A stretch of DNA of 64,000 bases from contig JAUYRJ010000081.1 in assembly GCA_030696845.1 (NCBI GenBank), forward strand, positions 3,919 to 67,918, written 5' to 3'. Below the pieces are notes generated by a model. It was not told the DNA's origin and searched no databases. It was given only the letters and a program-made list of their open reading frames with translations. The position numbers and the translations under genes are program-made. Source of the DNA: Polynucleobacter sp. Its GTDB lineage: Bacteria; Pseudomonadota; Gammaproteobacteria; Burkholderiales; Burkholderiaceae. Below, piece by piece: positions 22,281-30,076 of the stretch (positions are counted from its first letter, which is position 1; each line of letters begins with the position of its first letter).

Positions 22281-22620
22281 ATCACAGATGCCATACTTTC
22301 CGCGGATATTTGTCTGGCAGGTATTTCAGCTCTATCCAAACTCACCATGGTGAATGCGAATCAAGAGACTTGCTATGCTCTGTCTCCAGCGCAGTGGCGA
22401 GCAAATCAATCAAACATCACGGTCTTGCCTGAAAAAGAACCTGGAGCGACGTGTTACCAAATTTGGGCATATGAGCCACGAATGCAGCGGAGCGTAAATG
22501 CAATCTTATCTAGTGCGCCGTGTGTAGATCCCCCTTTCTTTATGGCTCAGCTTTGGGGATAACAGTGCTGCCCGAATTGAGCTCGCACTCAGCGATTTAG
22601 AAAAGGGATTTAGATGGTGA
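22281..22620 (+). pseudogene. Frameshifted 3' remnant of a conserved hypothetical gene (wHTH/MarR-like family recalled as HipA-associated)
   Basis: Frame from 22281 reads ...ICLAGISALSKLTMVN...YQIWAYEP...CVDP. Removing one C from the C5 run at 22530-22534 continues LSLWLSFGDNSAARIELALSDLEKGFRW* to 22620. There is an in-frame TAA at 22278-22280. Confidence 0.6.
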
Positions 22621-22720
22621 GGGGATTGGATATTTTTTGTAGCGACCTGAATCTAGTTAAGTTCAACAGCATAAATCTCGCTTTTTTTAATACTCATCAC
22701 CTATTAATGGGTACTATAAG

Positions 22721-22780
22721 ATTATATATTTATATAATAAATTGCAGCGGGGTCAAATACATGTTATATTTATGTATAAC
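22721..22780. promoter_or_regulatory. Two 18-bp imperfect palindromes upstream of pemI; putative PemIK operator
   Basis: ATTATATATTTATATAAT (22721-22738) and GTTATATTTATGTATAAC (22763-22780). RBS GGAG precedes the ATG. Confidence 0.6.
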
Positions 22781-22795
22781 TAACTGGAGTCAGCA

Positions 22796-23050
22796 ATGCA
22801 AACCAATTTAAGAAAAGTAGGCGGATCCGTAATGATGGCCTTGCCTCCTGCATTTTTAAAGGAGCTGAAGATTGCCCCTGGATCAACGGTCGATGTTGCG
22901 CTCTTAGAGGGCCAACTCGTGGTTAAGCCCATCACCAAGCCTAAATATAAATTAGCCGATTTATTAGCAAAATGCGACCCAAAAGCAAAAATGCCCAAAG
23001 AGGATAAGGAGTGGCTCGACCTCAACCCAGTAGGCAATGAGATTTTGTAA
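22796..23050 (+). CDS. pemI: PemI/Kis-like antitoxin (AbrB/MazE fold)
   Basis: LRKVGGSVM.ALPPA and KYKLADLLAKCDP...EWLD closely parallel the PemI/Kis sequence. Confidence 0.88.
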   Translation: MQTNLRKVGGSVMMALPPAFLKELKIAPGSTVDVALLEGQLVVKPITKPKYKLADLLAKCDPKAKMPKEDKEWLDLNPVGNEIL

Positions 23051-23376
23051 TGGATCGAGGCGATATTTATTTGGTTTCCTTAGACCCCACTTCTGGCCAT
23101 GAACAACAAGGAGTTCGCCCTGTGCTTTTGGTGTCGCCAGAACCTTTTAATAAATTAACGAAGACACCTGTTGTATTACCCATTACAACGGGTGGAAATT
23201 TTGCTAGGGTAGCTGGATTTACTGTCGATTTAATCGGCACCAAGACCGTAGGTGTTGTTCGCTGTGATCAGCCAAGAGTGCTTGACTTAGTGGCACGAAA
23301 AGCAAAAAAAATCGAGCGTGTTCCTGCTGGTGTGATGGATGATGTATTAGCTAAATTAGCTACTTTGATTTTATAG
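23050..23376 (+). CDS. pemK: PemK/Kid (MazF-family) endoribonuclease toxin
   Basis: RGDIYLVSLDPTSGHEQQGVRPVL and GVVRCDQPR motifs. Overlaps the antitoxin stop. Confidence 0.92.
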   Translation: MDRGDIYLVSLDPTSGHEQQGVRPVLLVSPEPFNKLTKTPVVLPITTGGNFARVAGFTVDLIGTKTVGVVRCDQPRVLDLVARKAKKIERVPAGVMDDVLAKLATLIL

Positions 23377-23412
23377 AAAACTCGTTCGAAATTGTATTGC
23401 GCCGGCGGCTGG

Positions 23413-23871
23413 CTACGCCTCACCCCTACCCAAACGCTCCAAAAAATACTGCTCCAATATCAACCTAGCCGATTCGGAATCGAGCACTCCATCTTGACTG
23501 CTGGCTTTCTTGCCGGCTTGGCTTTTCTTAAAACTGGTGTCATTTTCAAGCACGGCCGAGGTATAGCGCTCATCGACCCAAGCGACGGGCAAACCAAAGC
23601 GTCCATGAAGCTGATTACCAAAGCGCCGCGCTTTTGCCGTCATCGCATGCTCTGCGCCATCGGGGTGGCAAGGCAAACCCACCACCAATTGATCCGGCGC
23701 CCATTCCTGAATGCAAGCAGCAATCTGGGCAAAACGGGTATCCACGGGTTCTGCGCTAATCGCTTTTAAAGCTTGGCTTGAGCCCGTAATGGAATTACCC
23801 ACCGCCACACCAATACGGCGAGTACCAAAATCAAATGCGAGGGCGGTAATGGCTTTGATGATGAGTTCAGA
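23413..23871 (-). CDS. ruvX: Holliday-junction-resolvase-like / pre-16S rRNA nuclease RuvX (YqgF); canonical start not found
   Basis: The frame is open to 23871 and carries AFDFGTRRIGVAVG upstream of the ORF-track GTG (23808). VVGLP..DG and VDERYTS motifs follow. Confidence 0.85.
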   Translation of the reverse strand, partial: SELIIKAITALAFDFGTRRIGVAVGNSITGSSQALKAISAEPVDTRFAQIAACIQEWAPDQLVVGLPCHPDGAEHAMTAKARRFGNQLHGRFGLPVAWVDERYTSAVLENDTSFKKSQAGKKASSQDGVLDSESARLILEQYFLERLGRGEA

Positions 23872-23927
23872 CTAAGGAATTAATTCGCTGCTTGGCTTGC
23901 TGGGCCTCTAGAACCGGTAGCGATGCA

Positions 23928-24638
23928 TCACGCATGCCCCACTTGCCCCGATAGATCGGCAGGATCAAAACCCAAGGCATGCATGGCGCGCTGATAGCGC
24001 TGCTCGGAAGGGGTCTCAAAAATGATTTGCGCCATTTGCTCGCGACTTAGTTCCGCATTAATCCAGCCATTAAGCGCGATTTCTTCTTCTAACTGGCCAG
24101 CGCCCCAACCCGAATAGCCCAAGGTCATGATGAAGCGTTTTGGCCCACTGCCTTTGGCAACCGCTTCTAGTACATCTTTGGAAGTCGTCATGGTGAGACC
24201 GCCGGGTACCGTCAACGATGAACTGTACTCAGGCGTACCCGCTTCATGCAAGACAAAACCGCGCTCCACTTGCACGGGGCCACCGAAATACACCGCTTGA
24301 TCGGCAAACGGTGTGATTTCCAGTTTGAGATCAATTTTGTCGAGCAGGGCCGATAAATTGACTTCGGTGGGGCGGTTCACCACAAGGCCCATTGCCCCCT
24401 TGGCATTGTGCTCAAAAAGGTAAATGAGCGAACCTGCAAAGTTGTCGTCCAGCATACCTGGCATGGCGAGTAAAAACTGATTGGTTAGCTCGCTGCTTGG
24501 CTGACTGCTAGTCTGGCCGCCCGACTGACTGGCATCGCCGGCATCGGCTTTGGCCTGATCGGGATAAGCCGATGCTGATCCAGGACCTTCGCTATTAGCA
24601 AGGTCTTTGGAATTGACAGGTTTTTTAGAGGCGCTCAT
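23928..24638 (-). CDS. YqgE/AlgH family protein
   Basis: LTNQFLLAMPGM.D..F, GGPVQVERGFVLH, LGYSGWGAGQLEEE and C-terminal GHA motifs. Confidence 0.93.
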   Translation of the reverse strand: MSASKKPVNSKDLANSEGPGSASAYPDQAKADAGDASQSGGQTSSQPSSELTNQFLLAMPGMLDDNFAGSLIYLFEHNAKGAMGLVVNRPTEVNLSALLDKIDLKLEITPFADQAVYFGGPVQVERGFVLHEAGTPEYSSSLTVPGGLTMTTSKDVLEAVAKGSGPKRFIMTLGYSGWGAGQLEEEIALNGWINAELSREQMAQIIFETPSEQRYQRAMHALGFDPADLSGQVGHA

Positions 24639-24644
24639 TACGAC

Positions 24645-25466
24645 TCATTCTACCGAAAATGCCCCTTTACCGGTAAGCCAGTAGCTTGCGATTCCTACTG
24701 CCTCGTGAAAGATCCAATTCCACTGCTTGCCGCCCTCGACCAAATCAAAGCGGTGCCACGAGTAATAGTGTCCGGTTTGGTAATCGACTGCTAACGGCAC
24801 GACTGCCACGCCCTGTTTTTTCGCTACCTGCAGTGCGCGCAGCATATGCCGCGCTGAAGTGATCAAGAGCCAGGGCTTGGCTGGCGCCCCTTCTGTTTCA
24901 GCCAATCCATCCATGATTTTTTTGGAAAACACCATATTTTCATAGGTATTGCGCGATTGGTTTTCATAAAAGCCAGGATGGTCGCCCAGACCCTGCTCTT
25001 GCAGTAACTGCTTAAAGGCATCGGCTTCAGAAAGGCCTTGCGGCATCAAGCGCCCCGAATACCCACTAAAGATAAATGGCAGCTCAGGATGCTGGCGTAG
25101 TAACTCAAAGGCTTTGGTTACCCGTTCGGCTGATGAGTAAATCGATACCTCACCCCGATCGCGATTAATCGGGCCGCCTTCAATCGCGCCACCCAAAATC
25201 AGAACGCCGCCCACTTGACCGAGTAAGTCTGGCGTCAATCGTGTCTGCGGCACTGCATCCTCTAAGATGCGCATCGCAAATTGTGAGCTTGGCATATAGC
25301 CAATGAATAATCCCAAACCCAGTGCAATGCATAAGGTACGCCAGACAAGGCGATCCTTGCGCAGCAATAGAAACAGCAACGCAAACACAATGAAGATCAA
25401 AACCCAATTGAGGGGCTCAATCAAAATGTGAACGACTTTGGATAAAACGAAAAAAATGCTATCCAT
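24645..25466 (-). CDS. YdcF/ElyC/SanA family (DUF218) membrane protein
   Basis: Two N-terminal TM segments plus VLILGGA, ENQSRNTYEN and LITSARHM motifs. Confidence 0.88.
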   Translation of the reverse strand: MDSIFFVLSKVVHILIEPLNWVLIFIVFALLFLLLRKDRLVWRTLCIALGLGLFIGYMPSSQFAMRILEDAVPQTRLTPDLLGQVGGVLILGGAIEGGPINRDRGEVSIYSSAERVTKAFELLRQHPELPFIFSGYSGRLMPQGLSEADAFKQLLQEQGLGDHPGFYENQSRNTYENMVFSKKIMDGLAETEGAPAKPWLLITSARHMLRALQVAKKQGVAVVPLAVDYQTGHYYSWHRFDLVEGGKQWNWIFHEAVGIASYWLTGKGAFSVE

Positions 25467-25709
25467 TTATTTTTTTAATTTTTTCATTGTAGAAATACCG
25501 CAGCCTCATGTTAAATGAGTTGGCACTTTCATTATTCAAAAAACGGTTATGTTTTTCTAAAAAACGCTTATTCCAACCTGTTACCCCATTTTCCATATAA
25601 AGACAGGGTGGGCATTGTTTTCTGACTTTTGGTGATCTCAAGGGTCTTGTATGTATTGCATGGAGTCAAATATGCTTATACAGCACAAAGAATAAATAAA
25701 GGGAGCGCG

Positions 25710-25967
25710 GTGCGAGTCATTCATTTTTCCGATGCTATAAATCAACTTAACCAAGTAATAGATCAGGTCGTATCCGATAGTGATGTGGCGATCATTTCTC
25801 GTAGGGATGCGGAAGATACCGTTGTGACGTCCTTAAATACCTATAACAGCATGATGGAAACATTTTATTTATTTAAATCTCCAACGAACGTCAACCACTT
25901 GGAGAAGTCCTTAATGCAATACCGTAAGGGGCAAGTCAAATCCAAGGCGCTCTTGGATAGGAAATAA
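25710..25967 (+). CDS. Phd/YefM-family antitoxin
   Basis: GTG start at 25710 after GGGAG. MRVIHFSDA...VIDQVVSDSD..IISRRDAED.VV.SL..YNSMMET..L.KSP.N..HL..S..QYRKG is the YefM pattern. Confidence 0.8.
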   Translation: MRVIHFSDAINQLNQVIDQVVSDSDVAIISRRDAEDTVVTSLNTYNSMMETFYLFKSPTNVNHLEKSLMQYRKGQVKSKALLDRK

Positions 25968-26149
25968 GTGGGGCTCAGTAAACTGGTATGGGTCAATGCA
26001 GATTAAAAAGTAGTCTTGATAACGACGTAGTCTTAAAAGAGGCTTTATCGAGTCTTTGGTCTTGACGCATTGATGAGGTCAACTGCTTGGTTTATACAAC
26101 CGACCACAATCAGCTTGTCATCATCGCCTGTCGCCATCACTACGCCTAA
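25968..26149 (+). pseudogene. Txe/YoeB toxin pseudogene (internal deletion plus nonsense codons)
   Basis: 5' fragment SKLVWVNAD* and 3' fragment LKEALSSLWS*RIDEVNCLVYTTDHNQLVIIACRHHYA* match the YoeB ends (KLVW..., WSRRID..NRLVY...I..CRYHY). Confidence 0.8.
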
Positions 26150-26363
26150 ATTACCCTTCTGTCCTACAAACTAATTTTTGACTTCTTATTGAGCTAATTT
26201 AAAAAATTGGCATCAAAGTAAGTAATTCCGACTGCCATCAAAATCAATCACTGTAAACAATGCGAAACCATGGATGGCATATAACAAGCAGCCTGACGCC
26301 GACCTAGTAAGTAGCGCCGCAATCAAAAATATCCATGTTTTTTAAGATACATCGGTGCGTACC

Positions 26364-26630
26364 CTATTCGTAATGCGTCCACATTCTTAAAACGCGTACC
26401 GTCTTTTCTTTACGGAAAACCTCATATACCAAACGGTGTTGAATATTAATCCTGCGAGAATAAGTGCCCCTCATATCACCAACTAACTTTTCATATGGGG
26501 GCGGATTTTGAAACGGATCTATTTCTAGGATATCTAACAAGGCCTGCGCCTTATCTCGTAATCCAGCTGCTGAGAGTTTTTTAGCATCCTTGAGAGCAAA
26601 CTTGGAATAGGTCGTATTCCAATTCACCAC
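26364..26630 (-). CDS. Txe/YoeB-family mRNA interferase toxin
   Basis: DPFQNPPPYEKLVGD..G.YSRRINIQHRLVYEV...VRVLRMWTHYE motif. Confidence 0.92.
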   Translation of the reverse strand: MVNWNTTYSKFALKDAKKLSAAGLRDKAQALLDILEIDPFQNPPPYEKLVGDMRGTYSRRINIQHRLVYEVFRKEKTVRVLRMWTHYE

Positions 26631-26866
26631 TTCAGTGTCCTTTTGCTTTTAGCTAATGGCTCAGCCATCGACTCTTTAATTGACTCCCTCATCCCTGGAA
26701 TTGCTAATAGATATAGCGTTTCCTGAATCGCGCTCCAATCTTCTTCAGAAACCAAAACGGCATTTGCCCGCTTACCGGATATCAGTACAGGTTTGTGTGT
26801 TTCTGCTGTTTGATCAATAAGACGATAGAGCCCTGCCCTAGCTTCGCTTGCGGTAATTGTTGTCAT
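26624..26866 (-). CDS. Phd/YefM-family antitoxin
   Basis: MTTITASEARAGLYRLID...PVLISGKRANAVLVSEEDWSAIQETLYLL motif. Overlaps the toxin start. Confidence 0.92.
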   Translation of the reverse strand: MTTITASEARAGLYRLIDQTAETHKPVLISGKRANAVLVSEEDWSAIQETLYLLAIPGMRESIKESMAEPLAKSKRTLKW

Positions 26867-26889
26867 AAAATTACTCCCTTTTGAACATA

Positions 26890-26905
26890 GTACGATAAAG
26901 CGTAC
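26890..26905. promoter_or_regulatory. Inverted repeat GTACG-N6-CGTAC upstream of the YefM gene; putative operator
   Basis: GTACGATAAAGCGTAC lies 24-39 bp upstream of the ATG. GTAC cores are typical of YefM operators. Confidence 0.6.
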
Positions 26906-27140
26906 GTTTTGTAAAGGGCTCGTTGTCGTACTAGCGACGGATATTCAAAAGTGACAGCACGAAATTAATGCCCTTCGGATTGACATTCAATGCATTCATA
27001 CTCAACTGAGCGTCATTGAACACACATTGGTTTACAAGCTGGGTGGCATTTTGATTTCAGGGGTGGCCATTTTGGGGATCTTGGATCGCTACTTTGCTTG
27101 AGTTTCACCTGAATTCAAATTAAGCCCTAAGATAGCGCCT

Positions 27141-28661
27141 ATGGCCCTATCGAATACCCCTTCCGCTCCCGTTTCAGCTACCCATTCTCATTCAGCGAGC
27201 CTGGTTTGGCTGCGGCGTGACCTGCGGCTCTATGACCATGCCGCCCTGAGCCATGCGCTTGCATCGAGCAAATCGGTTTGGCTGGCATTTGTGTTCGATA
27301 CCACCATCTTGGATCCCTTAAAAGAGGGCAAAGGTGATGCCCTGACTGCTGATCGGCGCGTGGATTTTATTTGGCAAGGTATTACCCAAATGGATGCCGC
27401 CCTTCGCAAACAGGGTGGCGGCCTAATCGTGCGTTACGGCAACCCGACGGAATGCATCCCTAAGTTAGCTAAAGAGCTGGGTGTGGCATGCGTTATGGTC
27501 AATCACGACTACGAACCCAGTGCGATGGAGCGCGACGCAGCCATTGCAGCCTCCCTTGAAAAGCAAGGTATTGCATTTGAGTCCTTTAAAGACCAAGTGA
27601 TCTTTGAACGGCAAGAGGTGCTGACTAATTCCAGTACGATATTTTCGGTATTTACGCCCTATAAAAATGCGTGGCTCAAGCGCCTTGAAGAACGTGATCT
27701 CGCGCCCTATCCCTGTAAAGCAAAGCCGGGTCAATTTGCGGCCATTCCCAAAAAGCTGGATTTAGGCATTCCCTCACTGGAGTCAATGGGCTTTTGCGCA
27801 ACCGGTATTGAAACCTACCTGCCCCCCGGTTCGGATGGCGGCCAATCCTTTTTAGAAGACTTCTTAACGCGCATCGATCAATATCAAATCGGAAGGGATT
27901 TTCCGGCAGTGAAGGGCGTCAGTTATTTATCCACCCACCTGCGCTTTGGCATGCTTTCGATTCGGGGTTTGGTGCGGGAAGCCCACCGGCGAATGCTCTC
28001 TGGCAGTATGGGCGCCACCATCTGGCTCAGTGAATTAATTTGGCGTGATTTTTATTTCATGATTTTGGCCAATCACCCTCGCTTAGCAAAAGGCGTTTCC
28101 TTCAAACCCGATTACGATGCCATCGTTTGGGAAGGCGGCGCCATTGCGAAGAAACGCTTTGCGGCTTGGTGTGATGGCAAGACGGGTTACCCCTTGGTGG
28201 ATGCCGCCATGCACCAGCTCAATCAAAGTGGTTATATGCACAACCGCCTGCGCATGATTGTGGCGAGCTTCTTAACGAAAGACTTGGGTATCGATTGGCG
28301 CTGGGGTGAGGCCTATTTTGCCAAGCACCTCAATGATTTTGAGTTCTCCTCCAACAACGGAGGCTGGCAATGGGCCTCCTCCTCGGGCTGTGATGCCCAG
28401 CCTTATTTCCGTATCTTTAATCCCACCACCCAATCGCAGCGCTTTGATCCGCAAGGCAAGTTCATTCGGCGCTACATTCCCGTTTTAGAAAAGCTCTCGG
28501 ATAAATCGATTCATGCGCCGTGGGAAGCCGGCCATATTGAATTAGAAGCCGCCGGCATTTTGCTTGGCCGCGATTACCCCCTGCCCATCGTGAACCATGA
28601 CGAAGCCCGTAAAGAAACCTTGCTGCGGTATGGCGTAGTAAAGAAAACTCCTGCTGCCTAA
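27141..28661 (+). CDS. phrB: Deoxyribodipyrimidine photolyase / cryptochrome family
   Basis: LVWLRRDLRLYDH, SYLSTHLRFG, WRDFY, MHNRLRMIVASFL and NNGGWQW motifs. Confidence 0.93.
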   Translation: MALSNTPSAPVSATHSHSASLVWLRRDLRLYDHAALSHALASSKSVWLAFVFDTTILDPLKEGKGDALTADRRVDFIWQGITQMDAALRKQGGGLIVRYGNPTECIPKLAKELGVACVMVNHDYEPSAMERDAAIAASLEKQGIAFESFKDQVIFERQEVLTNSSTIFSVFTPYKNAWLKRLEERDLAPYPCKAKPGQFAAIPKKLDLGIPSLESMGFCATGIETYLPPGSDGGQSFLEDFLTRIDQYQIGRDFPAVKGVSYLSTHLRFGMLSIRGLVREAHRRMLSGSMGATIWLSELIWRDFYFMILANHPRLAKGVSFKPDYDAIVWEGGAIAKKRFAAWCDGKTGYPLVDAAMHQLNQSGYMHNRLRMIVASFLTKDLGIDWRWGEAYFAKHLNDFEFSSNNGGWQWASSSGCDAQPYFRIFNPTTQSQRFDPQGKFIRRYIPVLEKLSDKSIHAPWEAGHIELEAAGILLGRDYPLPIVNHDEARKETLLRYGVVKKTPAA

Positions 28662-28768
28662 GCGCAACATGCATTACGGTCTAATCCACCTGTAATGGCG
28701 ACTTTGATGCAATGTTCATGCTTTTAGACGGATGTGATCATTTTTCGTCAATCCACTACACTTTGCCC

Positions 28769-29614
28769 ATGTCATCCGTTTACGCTATCGGCGATGTGCA
28801 GGGCTGCTTAGAGCAGCTTGATGCACTGATTGCCAAATTGCCCAAGAAATCAAAACTCATTTGCCTGGGCGACCTCGTCAACCGGGGTCCGGATTCGTTG
28901 GGAACGCTGCGGCGCTTAAAGTCACTCCAAGAGCAAGGCATTGCCGAATGCATCCTTGGTAACCATGACCTCAATCTCTTGGCGCGCGATGCGGGCCTGC
29001 GGGGAGCGCGTCCACTGGATACTCTGGATGGCATTCTCAAAGCCAAAGACCGAGCAGAGCTGATCGATTGGCTGCGCCATCGCCCGATGGCACTCTGTAA
29101 TGGTCACGCCTTGCTGGTGCATGCGGGCGTACTGCCCAATTGGGATGTAAGCCAAACACTGGAATGCGCCCACGAAGTGGAAAAGGCACTGCGCAAATCG
29201 ACTTACAAGCGGTTTTTGGCGGAGATGTATGGCAACACCCCGACCAAATGGAGTAACTCGCTAAAAGGAAACGATCGCCTACGCGTGATCACCAACGCCC
29301 TGACCCGCCTGCGTTTTTGCACGCCTAAAGGCCAAATGGAATTTGACAGCAAAGAGGGTTTAGAGGCTGGCCCTAAAGGCTATCTCCCTTGGTTTGAAGT
29401 GAAGCGGCGCAAGACCGCAAACACCCATGTGTTTTTTGGGCACTGGTCGACATTAGGTTTGATTGATCGCAGTAATGTCACCGGCCTAGATACTGGCTGC
29501 GTTTGGGGCGGCAAGCTCACCGCCATTGAGGTGCCCGACTCTGCAGCGAGTAGCCGAACTCATAAGCTACGTATCGTGCAGGTCACGGGCTACGACCACC
29601 CCCTGCGGATGTAA
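28769..29614 (+). CDS. apaH: Symmetrical bis(5'-nucleosyl)-tetraphosphatase
   Basis: YAIGDVQGC, GDLVNRGPDSL, LGNHDL, FGHWSTLG and LDTGCVWGG motifs. Start placed at MSSVYA. Confidence 0.95.
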   Translation: MSSVYAIGDVQGCLEQLDALIAKLPKKSKLICLGDLVNRGPDSLGTLRRLKSLQEQGIAECILGNHDLNLLARDAGLRGARPLDTLDGILKAKDRAELIDWLRHRPMALCNGHALLVHAGVLPNWDVSQTLECAHEVEKALRKSTYKRFLAEMYGNTPTKWSNSLKGNDRLRVITNALTRLRFCTPKGQMEFDSKEGLEAGPKGYLPWFEVKRRKTANTHVFFGHWSTLGLIDRSNVTGLDTGCVWGGKLTAIEVPDSAASSRTHKLRIVQVTGYDHPLRM

Positions 29615-29691
29615 GGGGTTAAGTAAACCATCCGTATTCCTGATAATTATCGTGTTGCTCACTCAACATACTAATGGCTAAAGCGCCGCCC

Positions 29692-29994
29692 TTAAAAATC
29701 CAACTCTTTTAACTCCGCAGCAGTCATGCTGCGTACCCGCTGGGTTCTTTCGCGCAAGTGCTGACTAATTAAGGTGGGTGCAATTGCATCGATATATCGC
29801 AGAACTTGCCCCATTGCTACTCCAGGATCTCCATGTTCAAGGCGATAGGCTGTATTTCTGGATATGCCTGCGCGTAGAGCTGCCTCAAATTGCTTCATAC
29901 GTCGGGCTGTGCGCAAACGCGCAATGTGTTCGCCTAGCTGTTGTGCTTGAGCCAAAAGAGGAGGACTTAGCGCCGCGGTTTGATTGACTTTCAA
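29692..29994 (-). CDS. XRE-family HTH protein (HipB-like), no adjacent toxin
   Basis: LGEHIARLRTARRMKQ.EAALRAGISRNTAYRLEHGDPGVA HTH_3 pattern. Confidence 0.75.
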   Translation of the reverse strand: MKVNQTAALSPPLLAQAQQLGEHIARLRTARRMKQFEAALRAGISRNTAYRLEHGDPGVAMGQVLRYIDAIAPTLISQHLRERTQRVRSMTAAELKELDF

Positions 29995-30076
29995 GTATCT
30001 TTAATCAATCTTTAAGCTATTTTGGTTTGATTTAACGAGCAATTAATCAATAGAAACTCCCCTCTAAACCAAAGAG

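Noticed and set aside
23866-23875. prfB-like programmed +1 frameshift at the stop preceding ruvX
   Set aside because: The context is GTC-TGA-A, not the slippery CTT-TGA-C, and no internal Shine-Dalgarno is visible. Kept only as one untested option in the ruvX finding.
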